From: Gemmatimonadota bacterium
Lineage (GTDB): Bacteria; Gemmatimonadota; Gemmatimonadetes; Palauibacterales; KS3-K002
DNA length: 45,811 bases
Assembly (NCBI GenBank): GCA_016209945.1
Contig: JACQVD010000083.1
Span: 1 to 45,811 of the forward strand
Direction of reading: 5' to 3'
The translations under genes and the position numbers were made by a program. The stretch's first letter is position 1. Every line of letters begins with the position of its first letter. The notes beneath the pieces were generated by a model that worked only from the letters and a program-made list of their open reading frames with translations, made no database searches and was not told the DNA's origin. This document shows positions 1-11,145 of this stretch, in pieces.

Positions 1-681
1 AGCGGGCCTCTGGGAAGCGCCCTGGCCATGGACAAGGAGCTGTCGAAGCGCCTCTTCGAGGATGTGGGAGTGCCGACGCCGCCCTGGCTCATGGCGCCGG
101 TGCACGGCGCCGAGGTCGAGCACCGCCTGGGCTTTCCCGCCATCGTGAAGCCCTCGAAACAGGGCTCGACGGTCGGGATCACCGTTGTGCACGCCCCTCA
201 AGAACTGGACGCGGCGGTGCGGCTCGCCTACGAGTTCGACGACGAGGTCGTCATCGAGAAGTTCATCAGGGGTCGCGAGCTCACCGTCGGGATCCTCGGC
301 GAACGGGCGCTCCCCGTGGTCGAGATCTTCCCGAAGCACGAGATCTACGATTACGACTGCAAGTACACGAAGGGGATGTCGGAGTACCGGGTCCCCGCGC
401 TGTTGAGCGAGGAGGAGAGCCGCACGATTCAGGATCTGGCGCTGCGGGCGCACCGGGCGCTCAAGCTGCGGGGGTTCAGCCGGATCGACTTTCGCATGAG
501 CCCCGAGGGTCGCTTCTACTGTCTCGAGGCGAACTCGCTCCCCGGGCTCACGCAGACGAGCCTCTTGCCGAAGGGCGCGGCCGCGGCGGGGATTCCGTTT
601 CCGGAGCTGTGTGAGCAGATTGTTCGCGTGGCGCTGGACGCCCACGGTGCCCACGGGGCGGACCGGGGGCGCCCAGGTTAG
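1..681 (+). CDS. ddl: D-alanine--D-alanine ligase, C-terminal part (5' end outside the window)
   Basis: The frame-1 ORF is open from base 1 (..GSALAMDK..). The translation shows ATP-grasp Ddl motifs: AIVKPSKQGSTVGI, RELTVGILG, FSRIDFR, CLEANSLPGLT. Stop is TAG at 679-681. Confidence 0.9.
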   Translation, partial: SGPLGSALAMDKELSKRLFEDVGVPTPPWLMAPVHGAEVEHRLGFPAIVKPSKQGSTVGITVVHAPQELDAAVRLAYEFDDEVVIEKFIRGRELTVGILGERALPVVEIFPKHEIYDYDCKYTKGMSEYRVPALLSEEESRTIQDLALRAHRALKLRGFSRIDFRMSPEGRFYCLEANSLPGLTQTSLLPKGAAAAGIPFPELCEQIVRVALDAHGAHGADRGRPG

Positions 682-696
682 AAGGGGTCGTTGCCC

Positions 697-1539
697 ATGC
701 GGTATCGCAGTTCGTTTGAGCCGTCCTTCGGTGGCCTTCTGACTCCGTGGGTCAAGCGGCTTCTCATCGTCAACGCCGTCCTTTTCCTGCTGATCTGGAC
801 GACGGTGCTGCCGTTCGCCTGGGCGGTCGAGTTCCTGGCGTTCAACCCCGGGGATGTGCTGGAGAGGCCGTGGACCGTCATCACCTACATGTTCGTCCAC
901 GGCGGGTTCTGGCATCTCTTCTTCAACCTGCTCGCCATCTTCTTGTTCGGCCGGCCGCTGGAGGAGCACTGGGGGAGCTCCGAGTTCATCCGGTACTACC
1001 TGGTCTGCGGCGCCGGCGGTGTGCTCTTCGCGTTCTTCTTGGGGAACCACACGGTGTTCGGCGCGTCCGCGGCCGCGTACGGCCTGCTCCTCGCGTTCGC
1101 CCTCAACTGGCCGAACGCGCCGATCTACGTGTGGTTCATCCTCCCGGTGAAGGCGAAGTACCTGGCGCTCTTCCTCGGGCTCGCCGACCTCCTAGCCGGC
1201 CTCGCGGGACGACCCGACGGGATCGCGCACTTCGCTCACGTGGGCGGCCTCGTGGCGGGCTTCCTCTACCTGCGGCGCCCGTGGCGCGCGGCGCTGGGGT
1301 CCAGGGGTCTGCGGCGCAGGCTGCGGCGGCAGAAGCTCATCCCGATTCCCGGCCGGGAGTCAGAAGCGTCGTCATCCTCGGAGGCGCGCTCCGGGCGCCG
1401 GCGGTCCGATCTCGACCGGGATCTGTGGGACGAGGTGGACCGGGTTCTGGACAAGATCGCGGCGAGTGGGATCGAGTCGCTCACGCCGGAAGAACGGCAC
1501 TTCCTGGATGAGATCTCGAAGAGGTACAGGGAGAAGTAG
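697..1539 (+). CDS. Rhomboid family intramembrane serine protease with a charged C-terminal cytoplasmic tail
   Basis: Rhomboid signatures are present: FVHGGFWHLFFNLL, GASAAAYGLL (GxSxxxxG catalytic Ser) and HFAHVGGLVAGF (catalytic His). The track start at 691 is TTG. ATG at 697 sits 9 nt after GAAGGGG and is the more likely start. Confidence 0.88.
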   Translation: MRYRSSFEPSFGGLLTPWVKRLLIVNAVLFLLIWTTVLPFAWAVEFLAFNPGDVLERPWTVITYMFVHGGFWHLFFNLLAIFLFGRPLEEHWGSSEFIRYYLVCGAGGVLFAFFLGNHTVFGASAAAYGLLLAFALNWPNAPIYVWFILPVKAKYLALFLGLADLLAGLAGRPDGIAHFAHVGGLVAGFLYLRRPWRAALGSRGLRRRLRRQKLIPIPGRESEASSSSEARSGRRRSDLDRDLWDEVDRVLDKIAASGIESLTPEERHFLDEISKRYREK

Positions 1540-1566
1540 GCCGGCCTGTCGCGCCGCGCGCTCTCG

Positions 1567-2364
1567 TTATGCGCGGCTGGGCGATCGGGGCCCCGGCCGC
1601 TGCGGGTCGGTCCCCGGAGGCGCCGCGTCGGAGGGCGAAGACGTGAGCTCCGCCCTGGGGCTCACCGCGTCGGGCACGCGCTCCCGTACCTTTCCCCACC
1701 GGCGCGCCACGAGGCCGGTGGCGAGGCTCACCGCGACGATGAGGGTCAGCCAGCCGATCGCGTCCCACTCGCCCTTCACCGCGTCCAGGAGCTGATCGCC
1801 GCCGAGACTGAACGCGACGATCCACGGGACGATCCCGGCGGCCGTCGTCCACGCGAAGGTCCAGGTCCGCACGGCCGTGAGGCCGGCGGCGTAGTTCACG
1901 AGGTTGAAGCTCAGGACGGGGAGGAGTCGCACGCCGAGGAGCGCGCCGGTGCCGTACCGCGCGACCGTGCGATCGAATCGCTCGAGCTCGTCGGGCTTGA
2001 ACCATCGCTGCACGAGCGGCCGTCCGAACCGTCGGCTCAGCCCGAAGCCGAGCGCGGCGCCGAGGAGGGCGCCGACCCAGCTCATCACCGCTCCCCAGAC
2101 GGGCCCGAACACGATCGCGTTGGTCACCACGAGGACCTCGGCTGGGAAGGGGACGAGCGTGTGCGCCGTCATGAGGGCTACTGAGACGAGCGGCCCCAGC
2201 GGCCCCGTCTTCGCCACCATCTCGAAGACCGAGGGCGGTTCGAATCCGAAGATCGGGAAGCCGAGGGAGAGCCAGACGGCGGCGACGATCACCGCCGTCA
2301 CGAATCCCGCGGCCCAGACCCGTCGTCGCCCGCTCAACCGGACGCTCGTAGAGGATTCCCTCAT
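1567..2364 (-). CDS. TVP38/TMEM64 (DedA-related, SNARE-associated domain) membrane protein
   Basis: The protein is multi-TM. It carries the family core VPFPAEVLVVTNAIVFGPVWGA..LGAALGFGLSRRFGRP..LLPVLSFNLVNYAAGLT. Confidence 0.8.
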   Translation of the reverse strand: MRESSTSVRLSGRRRVWAAGFVTAVIVAAVWLSLGFPIFGFEPPSVFEMVAKTGPLGPLVSVALMTAHTLVPFPAEVLVVTNAIVFGPVWGAVMSWVGALLGAALGFGLSRRFGRPLVQRWFKPDELERFDRTVARYGTGALLGVRLLPVLSFNLVNYAAGLTAVRTWTFAWTTAAGIVPWIVAFSLGGDQLLDAVKGEWDAIGWLTLIVAVSLATGLVARRWGKVRERVPDAVSPRAELTSSPSDAAPPGTDPQRPGPRSPSRA

Positions 2365-2373
2365 CGTGCGCGC

Positions 2374-2403
2374 TTGACACCCTCGCCGGGTCGCGGATAG
2401 GTT
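2374..2403 (+). promoter_or_regulatory. Candidate sigma70-type promoter for the EF-G paralog
   Basis: TTGACA (2374-2379), an 18-nt spacer, then TAGGTT (2398-2403). It lies in the 65-nt divergent intergenic region. This is a sequence pattern only. Confidence 0.3.
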
Positions 2404-2429
2404 GGCGATTCCCGAGACCGGACGCGAAG

Positions 2430-4526
2430 ATGACCCAAGCGAAGGTCTATCCCACAGAGAAGATCCGCAACGTCGTCTTCGTGGGCCACGGAGGCACCGG
2501 GAAGACGACCCTCCTGGACGCCATCGCGTTCCTCGCGGGCGCCACCGCGCGCCGCGGCTCCGTCGCCGATGGCACGGCGCTCACCGATTTCACGCCGGAG
2601 GAGAAAGCGCACGGGATCTCCATCAACCTGGCGCTCGCCCATGCCGAGTGGTCCGAGATCAAGCTAAACCTCATCGACACGCCCGGCTACCTGGACTTCG
2701 CCGGTGAGGCGAAGGCCGGGGTCCGGGTGGCCGACGGCGCGGTAGTCGCGGTGAGCGCCCTGGCCGGCGTCGAGGTCGGGACCGAGCGCGTGTGGGAGAC
2801 GTGCGACGAGCGTGGGCTTCCGCGGATGATCTTCATTGCGCTCCTCGACAAGGAGAATGCGAGCTTCGGGCGCGCCCTGAAGGACGTGCGGGAGCGGCTC
2901 ACGCAGAAGGCGATCCCTCTGACGTTCCCGATCGGGGAAGGGCCTCAGTTTCGCGGCGTTGTGGATCTCCTCTCCGGTCGCGCCACCGTGTACGATCCGA
3001 ACGCGCCCGACGGGGAGCCGCGCGTGGAGGAGGTCCCGGCGGCCCTCCGGCCGGCGGTCGAGAAGGCCCGCCAGGATCTCATCGAGGCGATCGCGGCGAG
3101 CAACGACGCTCTCCTAGAGCGCTATCTCGAGGGAGCCGAGCTCCCGGGTGGGGAGCTGGTTCCCGTGATGCGGGCGGCGCTGCATCGCGGCGAGCTCGTC
3201 CCGGTCCTGTGCGGCTCGCCGTTCAAGGGGTGGGGCGTGCGCGCGCTCGCCGACGCGATCGTGACGCTCTTCCCGAACCCCGCGCAAGCGAGGCCCGAGG
3301 TCGCGCGGGATCCGAACGGCCAGGAGGTCGAGATTCGGGCGAACGAAGGCGAACCGTTCGCGGCACTCGTGTTCAAGACGGCCTCGGAACCGCACGTGGG
3401 TGAGCTGTCGTACTTCCGCGTCTTCGCGGGGAAGGCCGAGGCCGGGATGACGGCCGTCAATGGGAAGCGCGGTGGCACGGAGAAGCTCGCCCACATCGCG
3501 GCGCCGCAAGGAAAGGATCGGTTGGAGGTCGGCGTCCTGCACGCCGGCGACCTGGGCGTCACGACGAAGCTCCGGGGGACGCACACGAACGACACGCTGC
3601 ACGCGGCGGAGCGCGCGGTGATCCTGGCACCGATCACCTTCCCGGAGCCCGACGTCGCGACCGCGCTGCGCACGTCGTCGGCCGGCGAGGAGGAGAAGAT
3701 CAGCGTCGGGCTCCAGAAGCTGCACGAGGAGGATCCCACGTTCGTGTGGGCGCACGATGCGGAGCTCGGCCAGACGATCGCCCGCGGGCTCGGCGAGCTG
3801 CATGTCGCGGTCGCGGTGGAGCGGCTCGGCCGCCGGTACGGCATCCACGTGCTCACGGAACCCCCGAAGATCCCATACCGGGAGACGATCCGGAAGACCG
3901 CGGAGGGGCAGGGGAGATACAAGAAACAGACGGGCGGCCGCGGCCAGTACGGCGACTGCTGGGTCCGACTGTCACCGCTCGCCCGCGGTGCGGGCTACGA
4001 GTTCGTGGACGGGGTCGTGGGCGGCGTCATCCCTGGGAAATACATCCCCTCTGTGGACAAGGGGATCCAGGATGCGGCGAAGCGCGGGATCCTCGCGGGC
4101 TATCCGGTCGTGGATTTCCAGGCGGAGTGCTACGACGGCAGTCACCACCCGGTGGACTCGTCCGACATCGCCTTCAAGGTCGCGGGCTCGCTGGCCTTCC
4201 AGAACGTGGCGAAGCAGGCCGAGCCCGTCCTCCTGGAACCGATCTACGAGGTGGAGGTCGCGACGCCCGACGACTACATGGGGGACGTGATCGGGGATCT
4301 GAACCAGCGTCGGGGCCGCATCCTGGGGATGGAACCCGATGGCCGGCGCCAGCGGATCCGCGCCCTCGTGCCGCTTGCGGAGCTCCACAACTACTCCACG
4401 GCATTGCGCTCGATCACGCAGGGCCGCGCGACGCATCGGAAGAAGTTCCACACGTACGAGGAACTGCCGGCGCACATCACCGAGAGGATCATCGCGGAGG
4501 CGAAGAAGGAGAAGGAAGCCTCCTAG
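2430..4526 (+). CDS. fusA: Elongation factor G paralog (EF-G2-like translational GTPase)
   Basis: 698 aa with the full EF-G domain order. The G1 motif is VGHGGTGKTTL rather than AHIDAGKTT. DTPGYLDF and LPRMIFIALLDK are present, and the C-terminal domains IV/V are recognisable (GGRGQYGD.., YDGSHHPVDSS). Confidence 0.9.
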   Translation: MTQAKVYPTEKIRNVVFVGHGGTGKTTLLDAIAFLAGATARRGSVADGTALTDFTPEEKAHGISINLALAHAEWSEIKLNLIDTPGYLDFAGEAKAGVRVADGAVVAVSALAGVEVGTERVWETCDERGLPRMIFIALLDKENASFGRALKDVRERLTQKAIPLTFPIGEGPQFRGVVDLLSGRATVYDPNAPDGEPRVEEVPAALRPAVEKARQDLIEAIAASNDALLERYLEGAELPGGELVPVMRAALHRGELVPVLCGSPFKGWGVRALADAIVTLFPNPAQARPEVARDPNGQEVEIRANEGEPFAALVFKTASEPHVGELSYFRVFAGKAEAGMTAVNGKRGGTEKLAHIAAPQGKDRLEVGVLHAGDLGVTTKLRGTHTNDTLHAAERAVILAPITFPEPDVATALRTSSAGEEEKISVGLQKLHEEDPTFVWAHDAELGQTIARGLGELHVAVAVERLGRRYGIHVLTEPPKIPYRETIRKTAEGQGRYKKQTGGRGQYGDCWVRLSPLARGAGYEFVDGVVGGVIPGKYIPSVDKGIQDAAKRGILAGYPVVDFQAECYDGSHHPVDSSDIAFKVAGSLAFQNVAKQAEPVLLEPIYEVEVATPDDYMGDVIGDLNQRRGRILGMEPDGRRQRIRALVPLAELHNYSTALRSITQGRATHRKKFHTYEELPAHITERIIAEAKKEKEAS

Positions 4527-4548
4527 CCCCCCGGCCCCCCGGCCCCCC
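4527..4548. repeat. C-rich octamer tandem repeat (CCCCCCGG x2 + CCCCCC) immediately after the EF-G stop codon
   Basis: Read directly: cccccc gg cccccc gg cccccc at 4527-4548. The complementary strand carries three G6 tracts. Confidence 0.9.
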
Positions 4549-4565
4549 TACCGAGGGCCCGATGC

Positions 4566-4590
4566 GGAGCCGTTTCCGGCTCCCGTTTCC
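4566..4590 (+). terminator. Candidate intrinsic terminator hairpin downstream of the EF-G paralog
   Basis: Perfect 7-bp stem GGAGCCG (4566-4572) / CGGCTCC (4577-4583) with a TTTC loop, followed by CGTTTCC, which is a weak T-tract. Confidence 0.4.
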
Positions 4591-4664
4591 GCCTCGCGCC
4601 CCTTATATTCGCCTGGAGAGCTCACACACCTTCTCCCAGACGCCTGCGTTTCGGAGGGCCCGCA

Positions 4665-5429
4665 GTGGCAGGTCACAGCAAGTGGGCGCAGATCAAGCGC
4701 AAGAAGGCCGTCGAGGACCAGAAGCGCGGCAAGGTCTTCAGCAAGCTCATCCGTGAGCTCACCGTCTCCGCCCGCGAGGGCGGTGGCGACCGGGAGGGCA
4801 ACCCCCGGCTCCGGGCCGCGATCGAGGCGGCCCGCGCGGCCAACATGCCCAAGGACAACATCGAGAAGGCGATCCTCCGCGGGACGGGCGAGCTCCCGGG
4901 CGCGTCGTACCAGCAGGTGAACTACGAGGGGTACGGGCCCGGAGGCGTGGCGCTCTTCATCGAGACGCTCACGGACAACGCGAACCGCACGGTGGCGGAG
5001 GTCCGCCACGTGCTGGAGAAGTACGGCGGCCGCCTGGGCGCCGGGGGCTCCGTGGCGTGGAACTTCGAGCGGCGGGGCAAGATCTACATCGACGCGTCGC
5101 GCTACGACGAGGAGATGGCCCTGGAGGCGGTGCTGGAGGCGGGCGCCGACGACATGGTCCGTGAGGATGGGTCGTACACGGTGACGAGCGAACCCGCGCG
5201 CTTCCACGCCGTGCAGGACGCGCTGCGCAGGCACGGGATCGAGATCGAGGGCGCCGAGCTTGCGCTCGTGCCGAGGAGCAGTGTCGCCCTGGAGGGCCGC
5301 GACGCGGAACGGCTGCTCAAACTCCTGGAGATGCTCGAGGAGCTCGACGACGTGCAGCACGTCTACTCGAACTTCGAGATCGACGAGACCGTGATGGCGG
5401 AGGTTCTCAGTGGGCGAGCGAGCGGTTGA
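4665..5429 (+). CDS. YebC/PmpR family DNA-binding transcriptional regulator
   Basis: N-terminus MAGHSKWAQIKRKKA..KRGKVFSKL.REL..A.R.GG.D...NPRLR.AI..A...NMPKDNIE is diagnostic of the family. The start is GTG. Confidence 0.92.
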   Translation: MAGHSKWAQIKRKKAVEDQKRGKVFSKLIRELTVSAREGGGDREGNPRLRAAIEAARAANMPKDNIEKAILRGTGELPGASYQQVNYEGYGPGGVALFIETLTDNANRTVAEVRHVLEKYGGRLGAGGSVAWNFERRGKIYIDASRYDEEMALEAVLEAGADDMVREDGSYTVTSEPARFHAVQDALRRHGIEIEGAELALVPRSSVALEGRDAERLLKLLEMLEELDDVQHVYSNFEIDETVMAEVLSGRASG

Positions 5430-5465
5430 GGGGCGAGATCGGGCGGTGGAGGCGAGGCCCGCGGC

Positions 5466-6008
5466 GTGATCGTGCTCGGTCTGGATCCCGGCGTGACCGT
5501 GACGGGGTACGGGCTCGTGCAAGGGGGCGACCGTCGTCCCCCGCGGCTTCTCGAGTGCGGTGCGATCCGGCCCCGGGGCGGCGCGCCGCTCGCGAAACGG
5601 CTCTTGGAGATTTACGAGGGTGTGAATCTCGTTCTGGATCGCGCGCGCCCCGACGCCCTGTGCGTGGAGGGCGTTTTTCTTCATCGGAACGTCCGGAGCA
5701 CGGTCGTGCTGGGACACGCGCGCGCCGTGGCGATCCTGGCCGCCGCGCTGCGGGGGATCCCGGTGGTGGAATACGCGCCGTCGGAGGTGAAGGACGCGCT
5801 CACGGGACGCGGTGGAGCGAGGAAGGCACAGGTGGCGTTCATGGTGCAGCGGCTCCTGAGGCTCTCGACGCCGCCGACGCCTGCGGACGCGGCGGACGCG
5901 CTCGCGATCGCGCTCTGTCACCTCCATGCGCGCCAGCGACCGGGAGCCTCCCAGCGCGCGGCGAGCCCCGGGCGGCGCGGCAACCTTCGCCGGGTTCGCT
6001 TGCGGTGA
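5466..6008 (+). CDS. ruvC: Crossover junction endodeoxyribonuclease RuvC
   Basis: The sequence reads IVLGLDPGVTVTGYGLV.., then ..VEGVF...N..S...LGHARAV.., then ..DAADALAIALCH. It sits in ruvC-ruvA-ruvB order. Confidence 0.9.
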   Translation: MIVLGLDPGVTVTGYGLVQGGDRRPPRLLECGAIRPRGGAPLAKRLLEIYEGVNLVLDRARPDALCVEGVFLHRNVRSTVVLGHARAVAILAAALRGIPVVEYAPSEVKDALTGRGGARKAQVAFMVQRLLRLSTPPTPADAADALAIALCHLHARQRPGASQRAASPGRRGNLRRVRLR

Positions 6009-6598
6009 TCAGTCTGGTGCGCGGCACGCTGATCGCGAAGTCCCTCGATCGTGTGGAGGTCCTGACACCCACGGGCGTCGCGTACGAGTGTCTCGTGCCG
6101 GCGTCCACGTTCGAGCGGCTCCCGTCGGTGGGGCGCGAGGCGACTCTGCACACGGCCCTCGTGTCGCGGGAGGACGGGCTCGAGATGTACGGATTCGCCG
6201 ATGCGCTCGAGAGGAGGCTCTTCGTCCGGCTCCAGGTCGCCGCCGGGGTCGGTCCGAAGCTGGCGCTGGCGATGGTGGGCGCCATCCCGCCGGAGCGGCT
6301 CGTCCGGGCGATTCGCGAGAAGGACATCCCGCGCCTCCAGACGATCCCGGGTGTCGGGAAGAAGAAGGCGGAACGGATCGTCCTCGAGCTGCACGAGCGG
6401 TTGGACGATCTGGCGGCGGAGATGCCGGCCGCGCCCGCGTACGAGCCGGAGTGGGAGCGGGCGGTCGCGGCACTCGTCGCCCTCGGGTACCCGCGCGGCG
6501 AGGCCGAGCAGTCGGTACAGCGCGCCGTTGAGCGCGCGAACGGGAAGCGTCTCGAGACGGCCGACCTCGTGCGGGCGGCGCTCACCGAGCTCGCGTAG
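6005..6598 (+). CDS. ruvA: Holliday junction branch migration complex subunit RuvA
   Basis: The translation from GTG 6005 reads [32 protein letters not shown]. It includes the helix-hairpin-helix [19 protein letters not shown] 6005-6007 overlaps the ruvC stop TGA 6006-6008. The 390-aa track ORF starting at 5426 is an upstream out-of-gene extension. Confidence 0.88.
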   Translation: MISLVRGTLIAKSLDRVEVLTPTGVAYECLVPASTFERLPSVGREATLHTALVSREDGLEMYGFADALERRLFVRLQVAAGVGPKLALAMVGAIPPERLVRAIREKDIPRLQTIPGVGKKKAERIVLELHERLDDLAAEMPAAPAYEPEWERAVAALVALGYPRGEAEQSVQRAVERANGKRLETADLVRAALTELA

Positions 6599-6600
6599 CC

Positions 6601-7635
6601 ATGCGCCTCGAGGTCACGACACCCCAGCCGCTCCCCGAGGAAGTCTCGCTGGAGCATTCGCTGCGGCCCCAGCGGCTCGACGAGTTCATCGGGCAGGAGA
6701 AGGTGAAGGAGGGCCTGCGCGTCTACATCGAGGCTGCGCGGGCACGGCGGGAACCGCTGGACCACGTCCTCCTGTACGGCCCCCCCGGGCTCGGGAAGAC
6801 CACGCTCGCGCGCCTCATCGCGAGCGAGCTGGGCGTCGGCGTCCGGACCACGTCGGGGCCCGTCCTCGAGAAGCCGGGCGACCTCGTCGGCATCCTCACG
6901 AACCTGGAGGAGGGGGATGTCCTCTTCATCGACGAGGTGCACCGGCTGCGGCCCGTCCTCGAGGAGTTCCTGTACCCCGCAATGGAGGACTTCCGAATCG
7001 AGATCCGGCTGGGGGAAGGGCCGAAGGTTCAGACGATCACGATGCCGATCGAGCCATTCACTCTCGTGGGCGCCACAACGCGGTTCGGGCTCCTGACACC
7101 GCCCATGCGCGCGCGCTTCGGCGTCGTAGAGCGTCTGGGATACTATCCCACCGAGGATCTCGTGAAGATCGTGCACCGCTCGTCACGCATCCTCGGGGTC
7201 GAGATCGAGGAGGAGGGCGCCACGGAGATCGCCCGGCGCTCGCGGGGCACGCCGCGGATCGCGAATCGCCTGCTGCGCCGTGTGCGCGACTACGCCCAGG
7301 TGCGGGCTGACGGGCGCGTGACCCGCGAGGTCGCGGACGCCGCGCTGCGCATGTTGGACGTGGACGAGTACGGGCTCGATCACATGGACGCGCGCGTCCT
7401 GCGCACGATCATCGAGCACTTCGAGGGCGGACCGGTGGGCCTGGAGAGCCTGGCGGTCGCGGTCGGGGAGGATCCCGGCACGCTCGAAGAGGTCTACGAG
7501 CCCTTCCTGATCCAGAACGGATTTCTCCAGAGGACGCCCCGCGGCCGCGTGGTGACGAAGAGGGCGTACCGCCGGTTCGGGTACACGCCGCCGGAGACGG
7601 CGGCGACGGACCAGGGCACGCTCTTCACCGGATAG
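6601..7635 (+). CDS. ruvB: Holliday junction branch migration DNA helicase RuvB
   Basis: [22 protein letters not shown]; Walker [15 protein letters not shown]; FIDEVHRL; [15 protein letters not shown]. Confidence 0.95.
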   Translation: MRLEVTTPQPLPEEVSLEHSLRPQRLDEFIGQEKVKEGLRVYIEAARARREPLDHVLLYGPPGLGKTTLARLIASELGVGVRTTSGPVLEKPGDLVGILTNLEEGDVLFIDEVHRLRPVLEEFLYPAMEDFRIEIRLGEGPKVQTITMPIEPFTLVGATTRFGLLTPPMRARFGVVERLGYYPTEDLVKIVHRSSRILGVEIEEEGATEIARRSRGTPRIANRLLRRVRDYAQVRADGRVTREVADAALRMLDVDEYGLDHMDARVLRTIIEHFEGGPVGLESLAVAVGEDPGTLEEVYEPFLIQNGFLQRTPRGRVVTKRAYRRFGYTPPETAATDQGTLFTG

Positions 7636-7642
7636 GTTCGCC

Positions 7643-7991
7643 GTGGCGCGCATTCTGGTTCGGCTCACGCGAGAGGATCGCTGGCTGCTCGTCCGGCGCT
7701 ACGGGTTCCACGGGAACTCGTTCGCGGCGCTCGCCAAGGCGCTCGTGCGCGAGGGGGAGGGCGAGGAGACGATCCGCCGGCTGCGCGCGCTGCACCGCGT
7801 CGAGCGCCGGTTCGGCATCGACCTGGGGTTCCTGTGCCACGAGCACCGGCGCTGCCGCGAGCGGAGGCCTCACCCCCTGGAACGACTCGTGATGGCGTAC
7901 GTGACGGTGCCCTCGGCGAACGACGGTGACCTCATCCTGGACGTGGACAGGATCCGCGAGGTCATCGGCCTCATCCGCAAGGGGCTCGAAC

Positions 7992-8005
<14 letters not shown>
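7643..8005 (+). CDS. Hypothetical protein (120 aa, Arg-rich; possible N-terminal ribbon-helix-helix-like beta strand)
   Basis: The ORF has a GTG start and genome-typical G/C at codon position 3. It fills the ruvB-queA gap exactly. I recognise no family. The N-terminus ARILVRLTREDRWLL resembles an RHH strand-helix only weakly. Confidence 0.45.
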
Positions 8006-10282
<2,277 letters not shown>

Positions 10283-10303
10283 CCTCCAACAAGGACAACG
10301 CCA

Positions 10304-10639
10304 GTGATCGCCATCACGACAACGATCCTCTTCCAGCCGTCCGGCCAGGGAAGCGCCGCGGGGAGCCTCGTCATCATGGCGGCGTTCATCGGCATCTTCT
10401 ATTTCCTTCTCATCCGCCCCCAGCGCGTGCAGCAGAGACGGCACCAGGAGTTCGTCAAGAGCCTGAAACGCGGGGACGAGGTGGTGACGGCCGGCGGGTT
10501 GATCGGTGAGATCGTGCATGTGAAGGAGGACCGTGTCGTCCTCAAGACGGGAGACGACACGCGGGTGACGGTGGAGCGCGACAAGATCGTGCGCCGCGCC
10601 GGTGCGCCCGCGCCGGCCGAGGCCGTGGAGAAGAGATGA
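10304..10639 (+). CDS. yajC: Preprotein translocase subunit YajC
   Basis: There is a single TM segment. It is followed by FYFLLIRPQ....RH.EF...LK.GDEV.T.GG..G.I. The gene is in the conserved queA-tgt-yajC arrangement. Confidence 0.9.
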   Translation: MIAITTTILFQPSGQGSAAGSLVIMAAFIGIFYFLLIRPQRVQQRRHQEFVKSLKRGDEVVTAGGLIGEIVHVKEDRVVLKTGDDTRVTVERDKIVRRAGAPAPAEAVEKR

Positions 10640-11145
10640 GCGTCCGCGAGATCCAGCAGTTCGGCGAGCCGATCCTGCGGCAGCCAGCGGCGCCGGTGGA
10701 GGAGATCAACGCCGACGTGCGACGGCTCATCGACGACATGTTCGAGACGATGCGCGCGGCCCAGGGCGTCGGGCTGGCGGCCAACCAGGTGGGGATCGGG
10801 CTGCGCGTCTTCGTGATGGACGTCGGCGATCCCGACTATGGGCCGCGTGCCTTCGTGAACCCGGTGATCGCGGAGCGCTCGGGCGGGATCGTCGTCGAGG
10901 AGGGGTGCCTCAGCCTTCCGGGGTTGAGCGCCGAGGTGGAACGCGCGGCACGGGTCGTCGTCGAGGGGCTCGACCCCTCGGGTGACAAGGTGCGCCTCGA
11001 GGCCACGGAGCTCGCCGCCCGCTGCATCCAGCATGAGATCGACCACCTGGACGGCCTCCTCTTCATCGATCGCGTCTCCCCGCTCAAGCGCAGGATGCTG
11101 CTCAACGAGTGGGCGAAGCTCCGGAAGGAGGCCGCCCGTCGGTGA
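10636..11145 (+). CDS. def: Peptide deformylase
   Basis: All three PDF motifs are present: GVGLAANQVG, EGCLSLPG, HEIDHLDG. ATGA overlap with yajC. Confidence 0.95.
   Translation: MSVREIQQFGEPILRQPAAPVEEINADVRRLIDDMFETMRAAQGVGLAANQVGIGLRVFVMDVGDPDYGPRAFVNPVIAERSGGIVVEEGCLSLPGLSAEVERAARVVVEGLDPSGDKVRLEATELAARCIQHEIDHLDGLLFIDRVSPLKRRMLLNEWAKLRKEAARR

Noticed and set aside
2226-2245. GGTTCGAATCC, a T-psi-C-loop-like motif suggestive of a tRNA.
   Set aside because: The flanking bases do not form a T-stem (GGCGG versus CCGAA). No acceptor or anticodon arms could be drawn. The motif lies inside the TVP38-family CDS.
5426-6004. Upstream 193 codons of the 390-aa track ORF that ends as RuvA.
   Set aside because: This portion overlaps ruvC in another frame and translates to Arg/Gly/Ala low-complexity sequence. 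RuvA homology begins at GTG 6005 (VISLVRGTL...).
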